Assembly: GCA_963823555.1 (NCBI GenBank)
Contig: CAWGMA010000002.1
Coordinates: forward strand, 661,717 to 725,716
Length of the DNA: 64,000 nt
Reading direction: 5' to 3'
DNA from: Candidatus Eiseniibacteriota bacterium
GTDB lineage: Bacteria; Eisenbacteria; RBG-16-71-46; CAVPCR01
Shown here piece after piece: positions 49,862 to 61,459 of the stretch. Both the position numbers and the translations under genes were made by a program. The notes beneath the pieces were generated by a model. The model saw nothing but the letters and a program-made list of their open reading frames with translations. It did not search any database and had not been told where the DNA came from. The number at the start of each line of letters is the position of its first letter. The first letter of the stretch is position 1.

Positions 49862-50857
49862 ATGAAATATCGTCATGTTATCGTAGCCCTCGCGGTTTCC
49901 GCGGCGGCTACCTTCGGCCCGGCATACGGCCAGACAACGCAAGGACAATCTGTTGGTGCCGCGATCGAGCAGATCGCGTCGGGGCTTGCCGGGCGCATAG
50001 GATTCGCGGCGCAGGAAATCGGCGGCGACGAGGTCATCGCGTTCAATGGCGATGAGACCTTCGCCATGGCCAGCACCTACAAGGTGGCGATCGCCACGAC
50101 CGTGCTGGATCGCGTGGACAGGGGGGAACTCAGTCTCGACCAACTGGTCGAAGTCCCGCTCGACATGATGGTCGTCGGCGTAACTGCGCTTGCCGAGACA
50201 TTCCCCCACCCCGGGCTCCAGCTCTCGGTGGCGAACCTGATCGAGGTGATGATCACGGAGAGCGACAACACGGCGACCGACGTCTCCATGGGCCTGGCAG
50301 GCGGACCAGCGGCGGTGACCGAGAACCTGCGCAGGCTCGGGATCACCGATTTCAGGGTCGATCGGCTTACCGGCGAGATTCTCAGGGATTTCTATGGCCT
50401 GCCGGGACTGGCCACGCCAGAAGTCGTTGCGGAGGCCTACAGAAACAACCCGGCACTGGCGGCGGCGCAGGGTGATCGCAATCCGGACTTCGAGGCGGAT
50501 CCCCGCGACCACGCAACGCCCCTTGCGATGCTGCAACTGCTGCTTGCCATCGACGGTGGCACGGCGATGAGCCCGGAAAGCCGCGAGTTCCTATTAGGAG
50601 TCATGTCGCGCACGCGCACCGGCGCTGACCGTATCAAGGGGCTGTTGCCGAAGGGAACGCCCGTAGCGCACAAGACCGGAACCGCAGGGGGAATCGCCAA
50701 CGACGTCGGCTATATCACGCTCCCCGACGGTCGGCGGTTTGCCATCGCCGTGTTCACGAACAGCAGCGAGACCTCCGAGTCGGACAGGGATCGGGCAATT
50801 GCCGAGATCGCCCGCTTGCTGTTCGACTACTTCTACCTGTCTCCGGTGGCGAAGTAA
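49862..50857 (+). CDS. Class A beta-lactamase-like serine enzyme with an extended omega loop
   Basis: Signal peptide; FAMASTYK (SxxK), SDN, DPRDHATP and HKTG motifs. Confidence 0.9.
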   Translation: MKYRHVIVALAVSAAATFGPAYGQTTQGQSVGAAIEQIASGLAGRIGFAAQEIGGDEVIAFNGDETFAMASTYKVAIATTVLDRVDRGELSLDQLVEVPLDMMVVGVTALAETFPHPGLQLSVANLIEVMITESDNTATDVSMGLAGGPAAVTENLRRLGITDFRVDRLTGEILRDFYGLPGLATPEVVAEAYRNNPALAAAQGDRNPDFEADPRDHATPLAMLQLLLAIDGGTAMSPESREFLLGVMSRTRTGADRIKGLLPKGTPVAHKTGTAGGIANDVGYITLPDGRRFAIAVFTNSSETSESDRDRAIAEIARLLFDYFYLSPVAK

Positions 50858-50883
50858 AAGGAATTGCTCGACACGCTTAAAAC

Positions 50884-52209
50884 GGATATGAACCCCGTTT
50901 TTTGGACATAGCCTGAGTGTGGATTGACCCCCGGAAGGCGTTCGGGTCATCGTAGGGGTGACCCGGCATACCCGGAGGTTGATCGATGCCACGAGGCAGG
51001 CGGAAATTCACGTCCCAGGCGAAGTTCAAGGCCGTACTCGATTTGCTCCAAGGCAAGCGGCCCGCCGCGGAGATCGCTCGCGCATACCAGGTGCACCCCA
51101 ATTCGCTGGCGCTGTGGAAGGAGACCGTGCTACGGCGCGGGCACGAGCTGTTCGAGAGCAGTTCGCCGGCAGAGCAGCATGCGAAGCAGATCGCCGAGCT
51201 CGAGCAGCTTCTGGGGCGCAAGGAAGTGGAGCTGGCTCTTTTAAAAAACTTCTTGGGACGGACCGGATGAGTCCATCGCAGAAGGCCGCACTGGTGCGCG
51301 ACGCCCAGCGGTCCGTGGACCTGGGTGTCGCACTGTCGGTCGTGGATCTGTCGCGATCGACGTGGTACTACCAGGCACGCCGGCTCCAGTACGAGGAAAA
51401 GCACGCGTCCCTGAAAGCACCGCTGCTGCGGATCGCCTCGGCGTTCCCGGAGTACGGGTACCGGCGGTCGACAGCCGAACTCTGCGAGCGCGTTGGGTAC
51501 CCGGTCAATCACAAGGTGGTGCAGAAACTGGCTCGAATCTGGGGGCTTGCGACACTCCGCCGGCCCCGGGCGCCGCGGACGAGCGCGGTTCGCGGTGCGA
51601 TCACGGCCGCTGGCGACCGCGCCAATCTGCTGCTGGCGCTCGATCACGAGCCGGGGATGTTCGAGGTGCTCGTGACCGATTTCACGGAGCTTGTGTACGG
51701 CGGCGGCAAGGGCTGGCTCATGGCGATCCTGGACAGCCGGTCGAAGCTGGCTGTGGGACACTCCACGGGGCGCAGCCGCAACCGAGCGCTCGCGCTGCAG
51801 GCCTGGAACCGCGCTCGTCGTACGCTGCGTGGGCTGGGTGTCGCGATCGCGGGCATCATCGTGCACCACGACCGGGACTCCGTGTACACGAGCGACGTCT
51901 GGGTCCGGCGGTTGCTGATCGAAGATCGGGTGCGGCTGTCGTACGCGCTGCGCGGCGCTCGCGACAACGCCGAGATGGAGTCCTTCAACGGGCGATTCAA
52001 GACCGAGAACCGGGAGCTGTTCGCAGAAGCGACCAGTCTCGAGCAACTCGTCACGCTTGCAGGCAGGAGAATGCATCACTACAATTCCAAGCGTCGGCAC
52101 TCCTCGATCGGCAACTTGACGCCGATCGCCTACGTCCGGCGCCATCGAGGCGAGGAGTAGTCACAGTAATCGGGGGTCCAGGCTGTCCAACTTTTGGGGT
52201 GCAGGTCCA
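50884..52209 (+). mobile_element. IS3-family element (orfA 50986-51270, orfB to 52160)
   Basis: OrfA RRKFTSQAKFKAV HTH; slippery TTTAAAAAAC at ~51240; OrfB YGYRR, TDFT, HHDRD, DNAEMESFNGRFK, YN..RRHSSIG; imperfect IRs (left boundary uncertain). Confidence 0.92.
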
Positions 52210-52841
52210 TACTCATGTACGCTCAGGGCTATGATTGCATTCGCGGAATCCACGCTCGGCTGCAATGGCCAAAGGAATGGTGCTTTGAGGGGCTCGATGC
52301 GGAATTGCTGCCAGGCCAGCTCCTGGGCTACCCCGGTGATGGCATGTACCGAATGGCCTACGCCGCGGCATTCAACCCCCTCCGTGGCGGCGAGATTCGT
52401 GCGATTGCGCGTTTCGATCTGCATGTCACAGGTCCCGGGGCGATCGGGTTCGATGGGGACAGCCCTCTTCTTCAGATCGTCAACGAGCATTTTGAGGACG
52501 TGACCCTGGATGTTGGGGACAACTCGTTGGTGGCGCGGTCAGCCCAAGCGGATGGCAATGAATCTAAAGTGATGGTCTCGAGGCTCAGTCCTCTCGTGGG
52601 TGCGAGCGGAGCAACCTTCCAAGTGAATCTAGAGACGCCTCTTCCTTTGACCGTACGCGTCTATGACGCTTCGGGCCGTCTCGTCCGTATCGTTGCTGGC
52701 CAGGGGATTGTGAGCCAGCGACACCAGCTGACCTGGGATGGAAGGACTGATGAAGGGCTTGGAGCTCACTCCGGAGTCTACTTCGTCGAGTTTCGCTTTG
52801 GTCGTTCGCGGCTGACCGAGCGGGTGGTGCTCGTAAGATAG
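52210..52841 (+). pseudogene. 3' part of a secreted FlgD-Ig-tailed protein; 5' end lost at the IS3 boundary
   Basis: VRVYDASGRLVR..WDGRTDEG..SGVYF. Confidence 0.7.
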
Positions 52842-52850
52842 AGGTGACCC

Positions 52851-54361
52851 ATGGTGATCCACCCGGACGCGGAACGGCCGCCATTGGGCGGAAGGCCCAA
52901 CCGGAACTGGCCCCTGCTCCTAGCGCTCACCTGGATTATAGCTGGTGGGGACCCGGCGTCGGCTGGGACGATCCGGGTCCCTGCCGACCAGCCGACGATC
53001 CAGGCTGCTGTCGACGCGGCAGCGACCGGGGACGAGGTGCTAGTGGCAACTGGAACCTACACAGGTCCCGGGAACAAGAACGTGCGCATTGAGGGCAAGG
53101 ACATCGCGGTGCGCTCGGAGGGTGGTCCAGAGGTGACGATCATAGACTGCGAGGGGTCGGGTCGCGGCTTCTTCATTGCGGGAGTCAACAGCCCCCTCGG
53201 CCTCGTCGAGGGGTTCACCGTCCAGAACGGGGACGCGGATGGTGGGGACCCGGTCGGCGGCGGCGGGATGTTCGTCGGGGGCTCGTCGTTGATCATCCGC
53301 AACTGCATTCTCCGGAGCAATTCAGCCCATGGTGCGAATTTCAATGGGGGAGGCGGGGGGATCTCATGCTATGGAGGCGCGCCGATCATCGAAGATTGCA
53401 GGTTCGAGCGGAATGCAGCCGTTGGGACTGGCGCTGTTGGAGGAGGCCTGGGAGGACACCAGTCATCAGTAGTTGTAAGGCGCTGTTCCTTCGTCGAGAA
53501 CAGAGCAATCGGATCGGTAACTGATGGCGGCGGATTGGGCGTGTCCGTGTGTGATGCAGTGATTGAACCACCGGTGATCGAGGGTTGCGTATTCAACTCC
53601 AACACGGCACCGCTTTCAGGCGGTGCCTTCGTCTGTGGTGGTAAGGTCACAGGTTGCAGCTTCGTGGACAATGTCGCCGAAGGGAGCAGCGGTGGGCTCG
53701 CGGCCTTGTACTGCTCCGTGCGGGACTGCATCTTCACTGGCAATGTCGCATCAGGTGGAGGTGGGCTCGCAACCACGGATTCAGAAATCAGCGGGTGTGT
53801 GCTCACTAGGAACCGCGCAGGATCAGGAGCTGGCATTTCGATCCATGGGGCAGCAACCATCGAAGAGTGCATTATCGCTGACAACGCGGCGGTGAATTGG
53901 GGAGGTGGAATATCCTGTGGCAGTCGGGAACCTGTCGTGATCAGGAACTGCACAATAGCGCGCAACAGCGCGCAAGAGGCGAGTGGCATTGGGGTGTTCA
54001 GTGTTACCCCAGTGACCCACCAGCTTGACAACGTCATCATAGCCACGGGACAAGGAGGCTCGGCTGTCGCTTGTGCAGGGCTGGCGCTGGCAACTATGAC
54101 CTGCAGCGACATCTACGGCAACGAAGGTGGGGACTGGGTGGGGTGCATTAGCGAGCAGTTTGGAACGGACGGCAACATCTCTGCCGACCCGCGCTTCTGC
54201 GATCCCAAGGCTGACGACTGGCAGCTCTGCGAAGAATCGAAATGTGCACCTGCCCAGTCCGGCGACTCGGGCTGATCGGTGCTCTCGATGTGGGCTGCTC
54301 GTGTCCGAACGCCGTCGAGCCCTCTACCTGGGGGCGGATCAAGGCTAGGTATCAGGACTAA
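52851..54361 (+). CDS. Secreted right-handed beta-helix protein with TWGRIK tail (frameshift ~54265)
   Basis: VPADQPTIQAA.., CxFxxN repeats, ADPRFC; second frame GLIGALDVGCSCPNAVEPSTWGRIKARYQD*. Confidence 0.88.
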
Positions 54362-54534
54362 GCGGAGACGCTAACGGGTTGCAAGGGAGGGACTACTGAT
54401 CGATAGGGCAAGACAGTGTGCCTGACCCCATGGCGGAAGAAGCGGCTGCTGACCGGGTTGGGACTTCGAAACCCGTCCTACTTGGCCCCCCGAGTAGACC
54501 ACCCTTGTTAACCAGTTCTCCGACTGTCGCCGAG

Positions 54535-54780
54535 AGGGGAAGAGAGTTTGGGGTCCCACGGGCCCATTTCGAGGTCCACATCTCGGGCCGCCAACTAGCA
54601 CTGTTCGCGAACAGAGAGTCGCACCCGCCGCGCTTGCACCCGCAACCCGGTGCCATTTCTCGCTCAACCACGAGACCCCGGCGGATCTCTCCGTCGGGGT
54701 CTCCTGTCAACCACGGGGTCGCTTGCAGCTCGCGACTCCGAACGGTGGCTCCCCAAGTGGGACGGTGTTCGAACCTCTCT
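54535..54780 (-). repeat. Structured repeat with tRNA-like 3' end (copy C)
   Basis: Minus strand GGTTCGAACACCGTCCCACTTGGGGAGCCA (54746-54775) plus the same hairpins. Confidence 0.75.
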
Positions 54781-55559
54781 CTCTTTGCGACCTCCCCGCC
54801 AGGTCCCTCTAGTGCTTCCGCCCAGGCTGGCGATCCCTTGTGCCTCATCCCACAGCGCTTCTGGCGACTGCCCACCTTGCCAGGCAAAGGTAGCCAGGAA
54901 GAGGCGGAAGCGAATGGCATTGAGCATCCGAGAAGGCTATCAGATGCACCGTAACTGCCGCTCTGGCAGCACGATCGTATTTTCGGTCACTACGCGATCG
55001 ACTTTTCGGGACACTACGGCCAAGCTGACAATTCGTCATGCCGACCATCCGACGACCGTCATCACAACCTGCTGTGCAGGAAGCACTTACTCGACTCGAC
55101 CGCGACAGCGATCGGGGTGCAGGTCACGCAGGTCACGGCCCGAGACGCCCGCTCCAACTTCCTCCGACCTCACCCTACCAAGCTCAAGAACAACCTTACG
55201 ATTTTGCGACTTCCCAGCATTGACTAGCACGATACCAGGAGAATCTCCCGCAGACAAAGTGGCAGGGCTCGGAGAGCCTGGCCGTCAGTTCGGCCATCCG
55301 ATCCGCCGGAGACCCGCGTCCATGGCATGCCGTGCCCTCTAGCGGTCCAGCCCAGGGCCGCCCCCAGAGGGCGTTCACATGGACTGGTCCATGCTATACA
55401 AGCAAATTGCGGCTTGGCCAGACGACCAGCCGCAGCGGAAGCATGTTGAAGACCACGCCGCCAGCGACGCCGAAGGCCCGGCAGCGTCCGGCAGACAGCG
55501 AAGCCAACAGAACATCACGGTCGGAATCGCCATCGACGCGATGCGATAGGGAGGGAGAC

Positions 55560-56030
55560 ATGGCCTGCTGTACCCTTCGCTTTGGAGCGCTACTGCCGCT
55601 GCTCTGGCAGTGGCACTGCTGCTGGTTGGTGAGGCTGGAGCCTGGTGTGAGGTTGAGGACTTCGCCTGGGCCATAGTGCCAGCGAACACGCTCGAGGTAG
55701 GTGCAGACCTTTCTCCACGTGCCGTCGGGGACGTCCGACACGAATACAGATCCGGACCCATGCCCTTCTGGTGTTTGGGTCGACGGATACTTCTATGAAA
55801 CGCTGATAGTCGAACGCTGCGGGTACCAAGAAGGCACAGTTATCACCATTTGGGGCTATTGGACCTCGGGTCCGGGCGATCTCCACGCGGGTGAATGGGT
55901 TGTTGACCAGATTCACACCGAGGGCTCCGTGCACGATTGTGTCAAGCTCTGCCCGTGCATTCCGCTAGAAGGGCCAGAGGGCTCAGCCACCGCTATGCGC
56001 GGACGGCGATGGGGATCCCCCCGGGATTCT
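55560..56030 (+). pseudogene. Small secreted hypothetical protein, frameshifted
   Basis: RBS + ATG and a signal-like stretch split over frames; Cys-containing domain; possible degenerate tail ATAMRGRRWGS. Confidence 0.4.
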
Positions 56031-56084
56031 TCCCCTAAGTCCAAACGCTTGGAACTATCGGGCTCAATTGCCCACGGAGGAGGC

Positions 56085-57225
56085 ATGAGATGGCTTGCGC
56101 TGGCGATGATCGCCTGCTACTCCCGCATTGGGGATGCTTCGGCAGAGACGTGGGTCGTCCCCGACCAATTCGTCACCATCCAGGCCGCGATCGACGCATC
56201 CCTCGACGCTGACACGATTCTCGTTCGCCCGGGAACGTACGTAGAGAACCTCGATCTCGGCAAGTCGATCACCCTGCGGTCCCTAGGCGGGCCGGATGTC
56301 ACCGTGATCGACGGTCGCTTTCCGTCACGGCCCGACACGCTGAGCGTGTTGTGCGCTCTTGGAGCCGAGAACCTCGTTCTCACCGGCTTCACCCTCACGA
56401 ATGGTCTTGGGTCCAGCTTTCCTGACCTGATCGGCGTCGGTGGCGGCCTCGTGTTGATTGGCGGCAGTGCAACAATTCAAGACTGTGTTATCCAGGACAA
56501 TTATGCAGAGTATGATGGAGGTGGCATCTTGATGTATTCGCGAGTACGGTCAACTTCTCGGCGTGTACCATACGAAACAACCAATGCAGCGGCAACGGGG
56601 GCGGTTTGGGTGCTCGCCACGCTTCCCCGCGCCTAGAACGATGCACGATCATAGGCAATCGCGCGCATGATGGAGGAGCTGTATATAAGAGCGTGGGTGT
56701 GCCTGAGTTCATTGAGTGCACAATTCGCGACAATCTCAGCGATAGGGGTTGGGTCCTGAGCGGTTCAAGTCGGTATGTGCGGACGCTAGTGGTCGACAAC
56801 GGATTCACCGCCCCCCCCTCGACGTACCAAGTCGGTATCCTGACGGCGACCTCTATCGAGAGTTGCACAATCGTACGCAATCGATCCTACTGGCTGACTG
56901 TCCTTATGTATAATGGCACAATGTCGGGATCCATCGTGGCATTCAATGATAGTCGCGGGGTCATGTGCGACGGTGCTGGCGCCTTCGAGTGCTCCGATGT
57001 CTTCGGCAATCAGGGTGGCGATGAACTCTGCGGGACCGATCTGGGTGACAACTTTTCTCTCGATCCTCTGCTGTGCGAGGATTACACGCTCGACGCTCTT
57101 TGCCTTGCTCGCCCGCTCGGTCGCCGACCGGGTGCGGTCTCATCGGAGCGCTCGGGATCGGCTGCGGCGCGGCGGTCGAGCCGGCCACCTGGGGCCAGGT
57201 CAAAGCACTCGGACGCTCCTGGTAG
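56085..57225 (+). CDS. Secreted right-handed beta-helix protein with TWGQVK tail; frameshifted
   Basis: GGAGG RBS, VPDQFVTIQAAI..ILVRPGTYVEN, DPLLC, final frame CGLIGALGIGCGAAVEPATWGQVKALGRSW*. Confidence 0.8.
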
Positions 57226-57297
57226 CAACCGCACACGTCGCCGCGTGCAGGTGCTCTTCCGGCCTCGGCAAGTCGTCGCCGGATTCGGGCGGCTTTA

Positions 57298-58150
57298 TGT
57301 GCACTAGTTACGACTTGATCTGACAACCCGCCTGGAAGAGGACGGGTCGTCCGGGTACCCTTCTTGGGAAGTGTCCAAACCAACCAAGGAGGAAGACCCA
57401 TGACGACCCAGATGAAGCTTATCCGAGCCAAGATGAATCTGCTAGACCTAGCCTCATACCTCGGGAACGTGAGTGAGGCCTGTCGGCAGCTGGGCTATTC
57501 GCGCGACACCTTCTACCGGCTGAAGGAGCGCTACGAGCAGGACGGGCTGGAGCGGGGCTCGGCCGGGAGATGAGCCGTCTGAAGCCTAATCGTCGCAACC
57601 GTTGTCCGGAGGAGGTGGAAGCGGCGGTCGTGGCATTGGCCCTGGAGTATCCGGCCTACGGGCAAGTGCGGGCCGCGGACAAGCTGTTGGAGCTCAAGGG
57701 GCATCAGCTGTCACCGGCTGGGTGTGAGGCATTTGGCAGCGCCATGGACTGGAGACGAAGCGGAAGCGGCTGAAGGCCTTGGAAGAAAAGGTAGCGCAGG
57801 AGGGGATGCTGCTCACGGAAGAGCAACTCCGGGCCTTGGAGTCGGCGAAGGAAGAGAAAGAGGCCTACGGCGAGATCGAGACCCAGCATCCGGGGTACCT
57901 GGGAGCGCAGGACACGTTCTACGTCGGGACGATGAAAGGCGTAGCGGGACTACCAGCAGACGTTCATCGACACCTACAGTCGGGTGGCCTTTGCCAAGTT
58001 GTACACGATGAAGACGCCGATCACGGCGGCGGATCTGCTGAACGATCGGGTGCTGCCGTTCTTCGATGAGATGGGCATCTCCCTGCTGCGGATGCTGACC
58101 GACCGTGGGACCGTGTACTGCGGCAACCCCGAGCGGCACGAGTACGACTT
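57298..58150 (+). mobile_element. IS481-family element; frameshifted and 3'-truncated transposase (start 57400)
   Basis: LGNVSEACRQLGYSRDTFYR, GEIETQHPGYLGAQDTFYVG, QTFIDTYS, LTDRG..YCG; end GACTTGATCTGACA. Confidence 0.9.
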
Positions 58151-58363
58151 CTCCGCCGAGGAGAAGCCAGGCCCTCCGGTTCCCCTCATCGATCACATCG
58201 TCTTCCGGTCGCCTGCTCGGCCTTCCCGGAACTGCCCAAAAAGGGCATGGCCCCTGGCGAAAGGGGCGGAAAAGGGGCACGCCAGCCCCTGGGGGTAGGG
58301 GGAGCTATTCCCCAAGTCCACTCCTTCATCATCAACAGCCCCTCAGGCCCGGGGCAGGTCTCG

Positions 58364-60602
58364 CTAGTGAAGCAGAACCACCTTTCTGACCTGCACAGAG
58401 CCTCCGGCTGTGACGGCGCGTGCCAGGTAGACGCCCGCGGGCATCATGCGACCGTTCTCGGCCTTGCCATCCCACCGGATCCGACTTGGCCCCGCCGGGA
58501 GACGTGCGCTCAGCGTGCACACATGACGACCCGACACGTCTCGTAGATCTTGAGCACGCCCCCCGGCGCCGTGACCACGAGTTCGATCGCCCCTGTTGCC
58601 ACAGACGTCGAGAGCACATCCATGAGCACGGTTTCATGCGAGACATCCTCACCCCCTTCAGGTGGCGCAAAGGGGATCCCGTAGGTCAGCCGAACCCACC
58701 GCGCCTCCTGGCAGGGGCGGCGGTCGGTCGAGTTCGACCAGTTGGTGACGATCCACAGCATGTACCAGCCGGGAGGCAAGATGCCGGTTGGCGCCGAGGG
58801 GATGCGGGCCTTTATCTCGTAGTTCTGCCCGGAGAGCTGCTTCTCCTTGGTGATGAGCAGGTGCACGGTGCGCTGGGACATCTCGTGGCCGTGGGTGGCC
58901 GATCCCTGGCGGACGAGGAGAACCTTGGAGTTTCCGGCCTGCCAGCCGCTGACGGTGAAGGTGATGATGGAGTTGTAGGTCACTTGGTTCAAGCCGAGCG
59001 GGTCGATCGCCGGCCGGGTCTTGAACATGTAGGGAGGCTTGTAGACCTCCATCGTCGACGTCATGTGCTCGGTGGTGACGAGGCATTGCGGCGGAGGCGG
59101 GATAATACCGCCCTTGAGGTACTCGCCGCCGCCCAGGTAGACGCGCCCATCGGGGGAGAAGCAACGCCTCGGAGTGGTAGGTCCGCGCCGTCGAGTGCGG
59201 CGCGAGCCGCCGCCAGGTATCCGTCGTCGGGTCGTAGAGCTCGGGGATCCTGGCGATGCACTCGCGACCCGGGGTACGGCGGCTGCCAGTAATCGGCCCC
59301 GCAGTTCGTGGTCGGATCGTGGGCGCAGCAGTCGAGCTGCTTGCTGCCGCCGGCGACGAAGATCATGCCATCCGGAGAGGACCGCATTGTGGTCCTGGCG
59401 GGCGATCGACAGCGGAGCCTTGTCGATCCACGTCTTCGTCTGCGCGTTGAAGTAGGAGACGCAGGGGTGTGGTGCGTGGGAGCCGCAGAGCCCTTGGGCG
59501 TCCGTCGCGGTCCAACCCCCGATCAAGTAGAGGTTGGGGCCGCTCTTGTAGGTCCCGTTCGTATTGAGCTCGAAGGGAGCGAGAACCTCCGATCCGTCGC
59601 GATGCTGGCGCAACACATCAGGCAACGTGAGCGTAGGCAACTCTCGGGGCCGTCGCCCAGGTGTCCGGGAGCTGCGTCGAGGGGTTCTCGACCTGGCTCA
59701 CCGTGAGCCAGCGGCCGCGGCCCGGGCCCGTCCACGTGCTGTCGGGGATCATGACGACCGGGGCATAGGCGCTCATCGTCGGGTGGCACTCGTTTTGTCC
59801 CTGCGGAAGCAACGTCTCCCAGCTTGGTGTCGTCCCAGCGCTCAGGGAACCGCGTCGGGGTAGGGCGAGACGTAGCACGTATCATCCTGGATGCCGTTCC
59901 AGGCGTAGAGCTTGCCCCGGGGTTCGCGTTCGGCGGCGTCGGGGTCCCGAGCGCGTGCGCGGACTCGGGTACCAGCGCTGGCGGTAGAGGTTGTCGGCGT
60001 ACGCGGAGAAGCCGCCAGGCGATGCGGCCGCTGGGTCGAAGCGCACGGCATGGAAGGAAAACCGATCGTTCGATAGCCGAGATCCTCGATGCCGCTCACG
60101 ATCTGGAGCTTCCCATCCTCGGTGAAGTCATGCCCGGCGCACATCGCCGAATACCTGCGGATGGCGGAGGAGACACGAGGGATCGGCAGGAAACTGGTTG
60201 TCCTGGCCGTAGTGACTGGGCGACGAGAGCGTGTCGCTCCAGACGCCGCAGGGGTTCAAGTCGGTGGCCAGGGTCCACAGGCGAGGTCGCTGAAATCCCC
60301 GATGCCGGTGCTGTTGTAGCCCCAGGCGAGGACCTTCGTACCGGGTTGGTGCGGTGGACGAGCGCGGCATGGATGGCTTCGAAGTACGAGGGGCAGAGCT
60401 CCCACTGGCCGCATTCCGATGGGGCGCCGGTGCAGTTCGGGTAGTAGGGTTCGGGGATGCAGTAGGCGGGGCTCTCAGGACCACCGGGCTGGCTCCAGGA
60501 CAGGGGGACAAGGAGCCATGCGGAGCCGAGAAGGAGGAGAAGCGTGAAAGCAGTTCGGTACACCGATCCGGGACACCAGCGCAGCCATCGTGGCTTGGCC
60601 AT
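58364..60602 (-). CDS. Galactose/glyoxal-oxidase-like Kelch copper-radical oxidase with DUF1929 and FlgD-Ig domains; many frameshifts
   Basis: AIHAALV, CAGH, RWYP, RTYHS..LLPDGRV, EVYKPPY, GSATHG..SQR, PPGWYML; tail WDGKAENGR..AGVYL. Confidence 0.82.
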
Positions 60603-60615
60603 GGTAGGAACCCTC

Positions 60616-61227
60616 CTATGGGTAGAAGGCCTTGATCCTTCCCCACGTCGATCCGTCGACGGGCGTGGAGGCTTCGGTCACGATGAGATCGTCGATGAAT
60701 GTGTATTGGAAGGTACATTCGACCCGGGCAATGCGCCCGGGGGCGGAGAAGTGGTAGTAGTCGTAGTAGGCTGGAGGCTCTCGGCAGAAACCGGTATGAG
60801 GAAGCACCCACGAGTCAGAAGAGCCCCCTCGGCGTCGAACGTATTGATGCCCCCGAACCAGGGCAGCAGCGTCGCGGTCATCATTGCGAGGTCGATGCCG
60901 CTCACGACGGTGCTCGTGCCCGTGCCAGGCCGGGACGAACGTGATGTTAAGCTCTCCGTTTTGCGAGCAGAGCCCGAGGGCGTTTGGCACAGACAGGCAC
61001 TCACCAAGCGTTGGCAGGATGTTGAGCGTATCGCCCGGCACGGGGGTCAAGAGAACACCCCAGTCTCGAAACGCTTCAGGGCTTATCTCTCCGCAGGTAA
61101 AGGGACCGCCGTCGCGAATCTCGCTCCCATCCGGGCGGGTCTCGAACGTGATCGTGACCGCGTGGGCAGGCGGGGCGGAAACCAAGATGGCGGTGAGGGT
61201 GGCGAGGACAATCAGACGGTGGCACAT
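60616..61227 (-). CDS. Secreted hypothetical protein with TWGRIK tail
   Basis: GAGGAGG RBS, signal peptide ending AHA, C-terminus STPVDGSTWGRIKAFYP. Confidence 0.8.
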   Translation of the reverse strand: MCHRLIVLATLTAILVSAPPAHAVTITFETRPDGSEIRDGGPFTCGEISPEAFRDWGVLLTPVPGDTLNILPTLGECLSVPNALGLCSQNGELNITFVPAWHGHEHRRERHRPRNDDRDAAALVRGHQYVRRRGGSSDSWVLPHTGFCREPPAYYDYYHFSAPGRIARVECTFQYTFIDDLIVTEASTPVDGSTWGRIKAFYP

Positions 61228-61459
61228 AGCGTCCTCCTCGGCGTTGAGGTCGGCCGCCATTGCCCGCACGTCCTCTGGGGAAGGACCCGTGGGTAAAAGG
61301 CGCCGGCACCCGACGCCCGAACCAGCCGACGCAAGGCTGCGTCCTCAGCCGGTTCTTTTGCCCCAATCTTACCACGCGCCTCGTCGCCCCGGTATCCCGT
61401 CAAGCAGTGACCGCCCCAGGAGCCTCTGGCCCGGCCACGGCTGCGGCCGCCCAGCGGTC

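Noticed and set aside
54790..55540. Coding remnant between repeat copy C and the next secreted gene
   Set aside because: No frame gives a recognisable protein; left unannotated.
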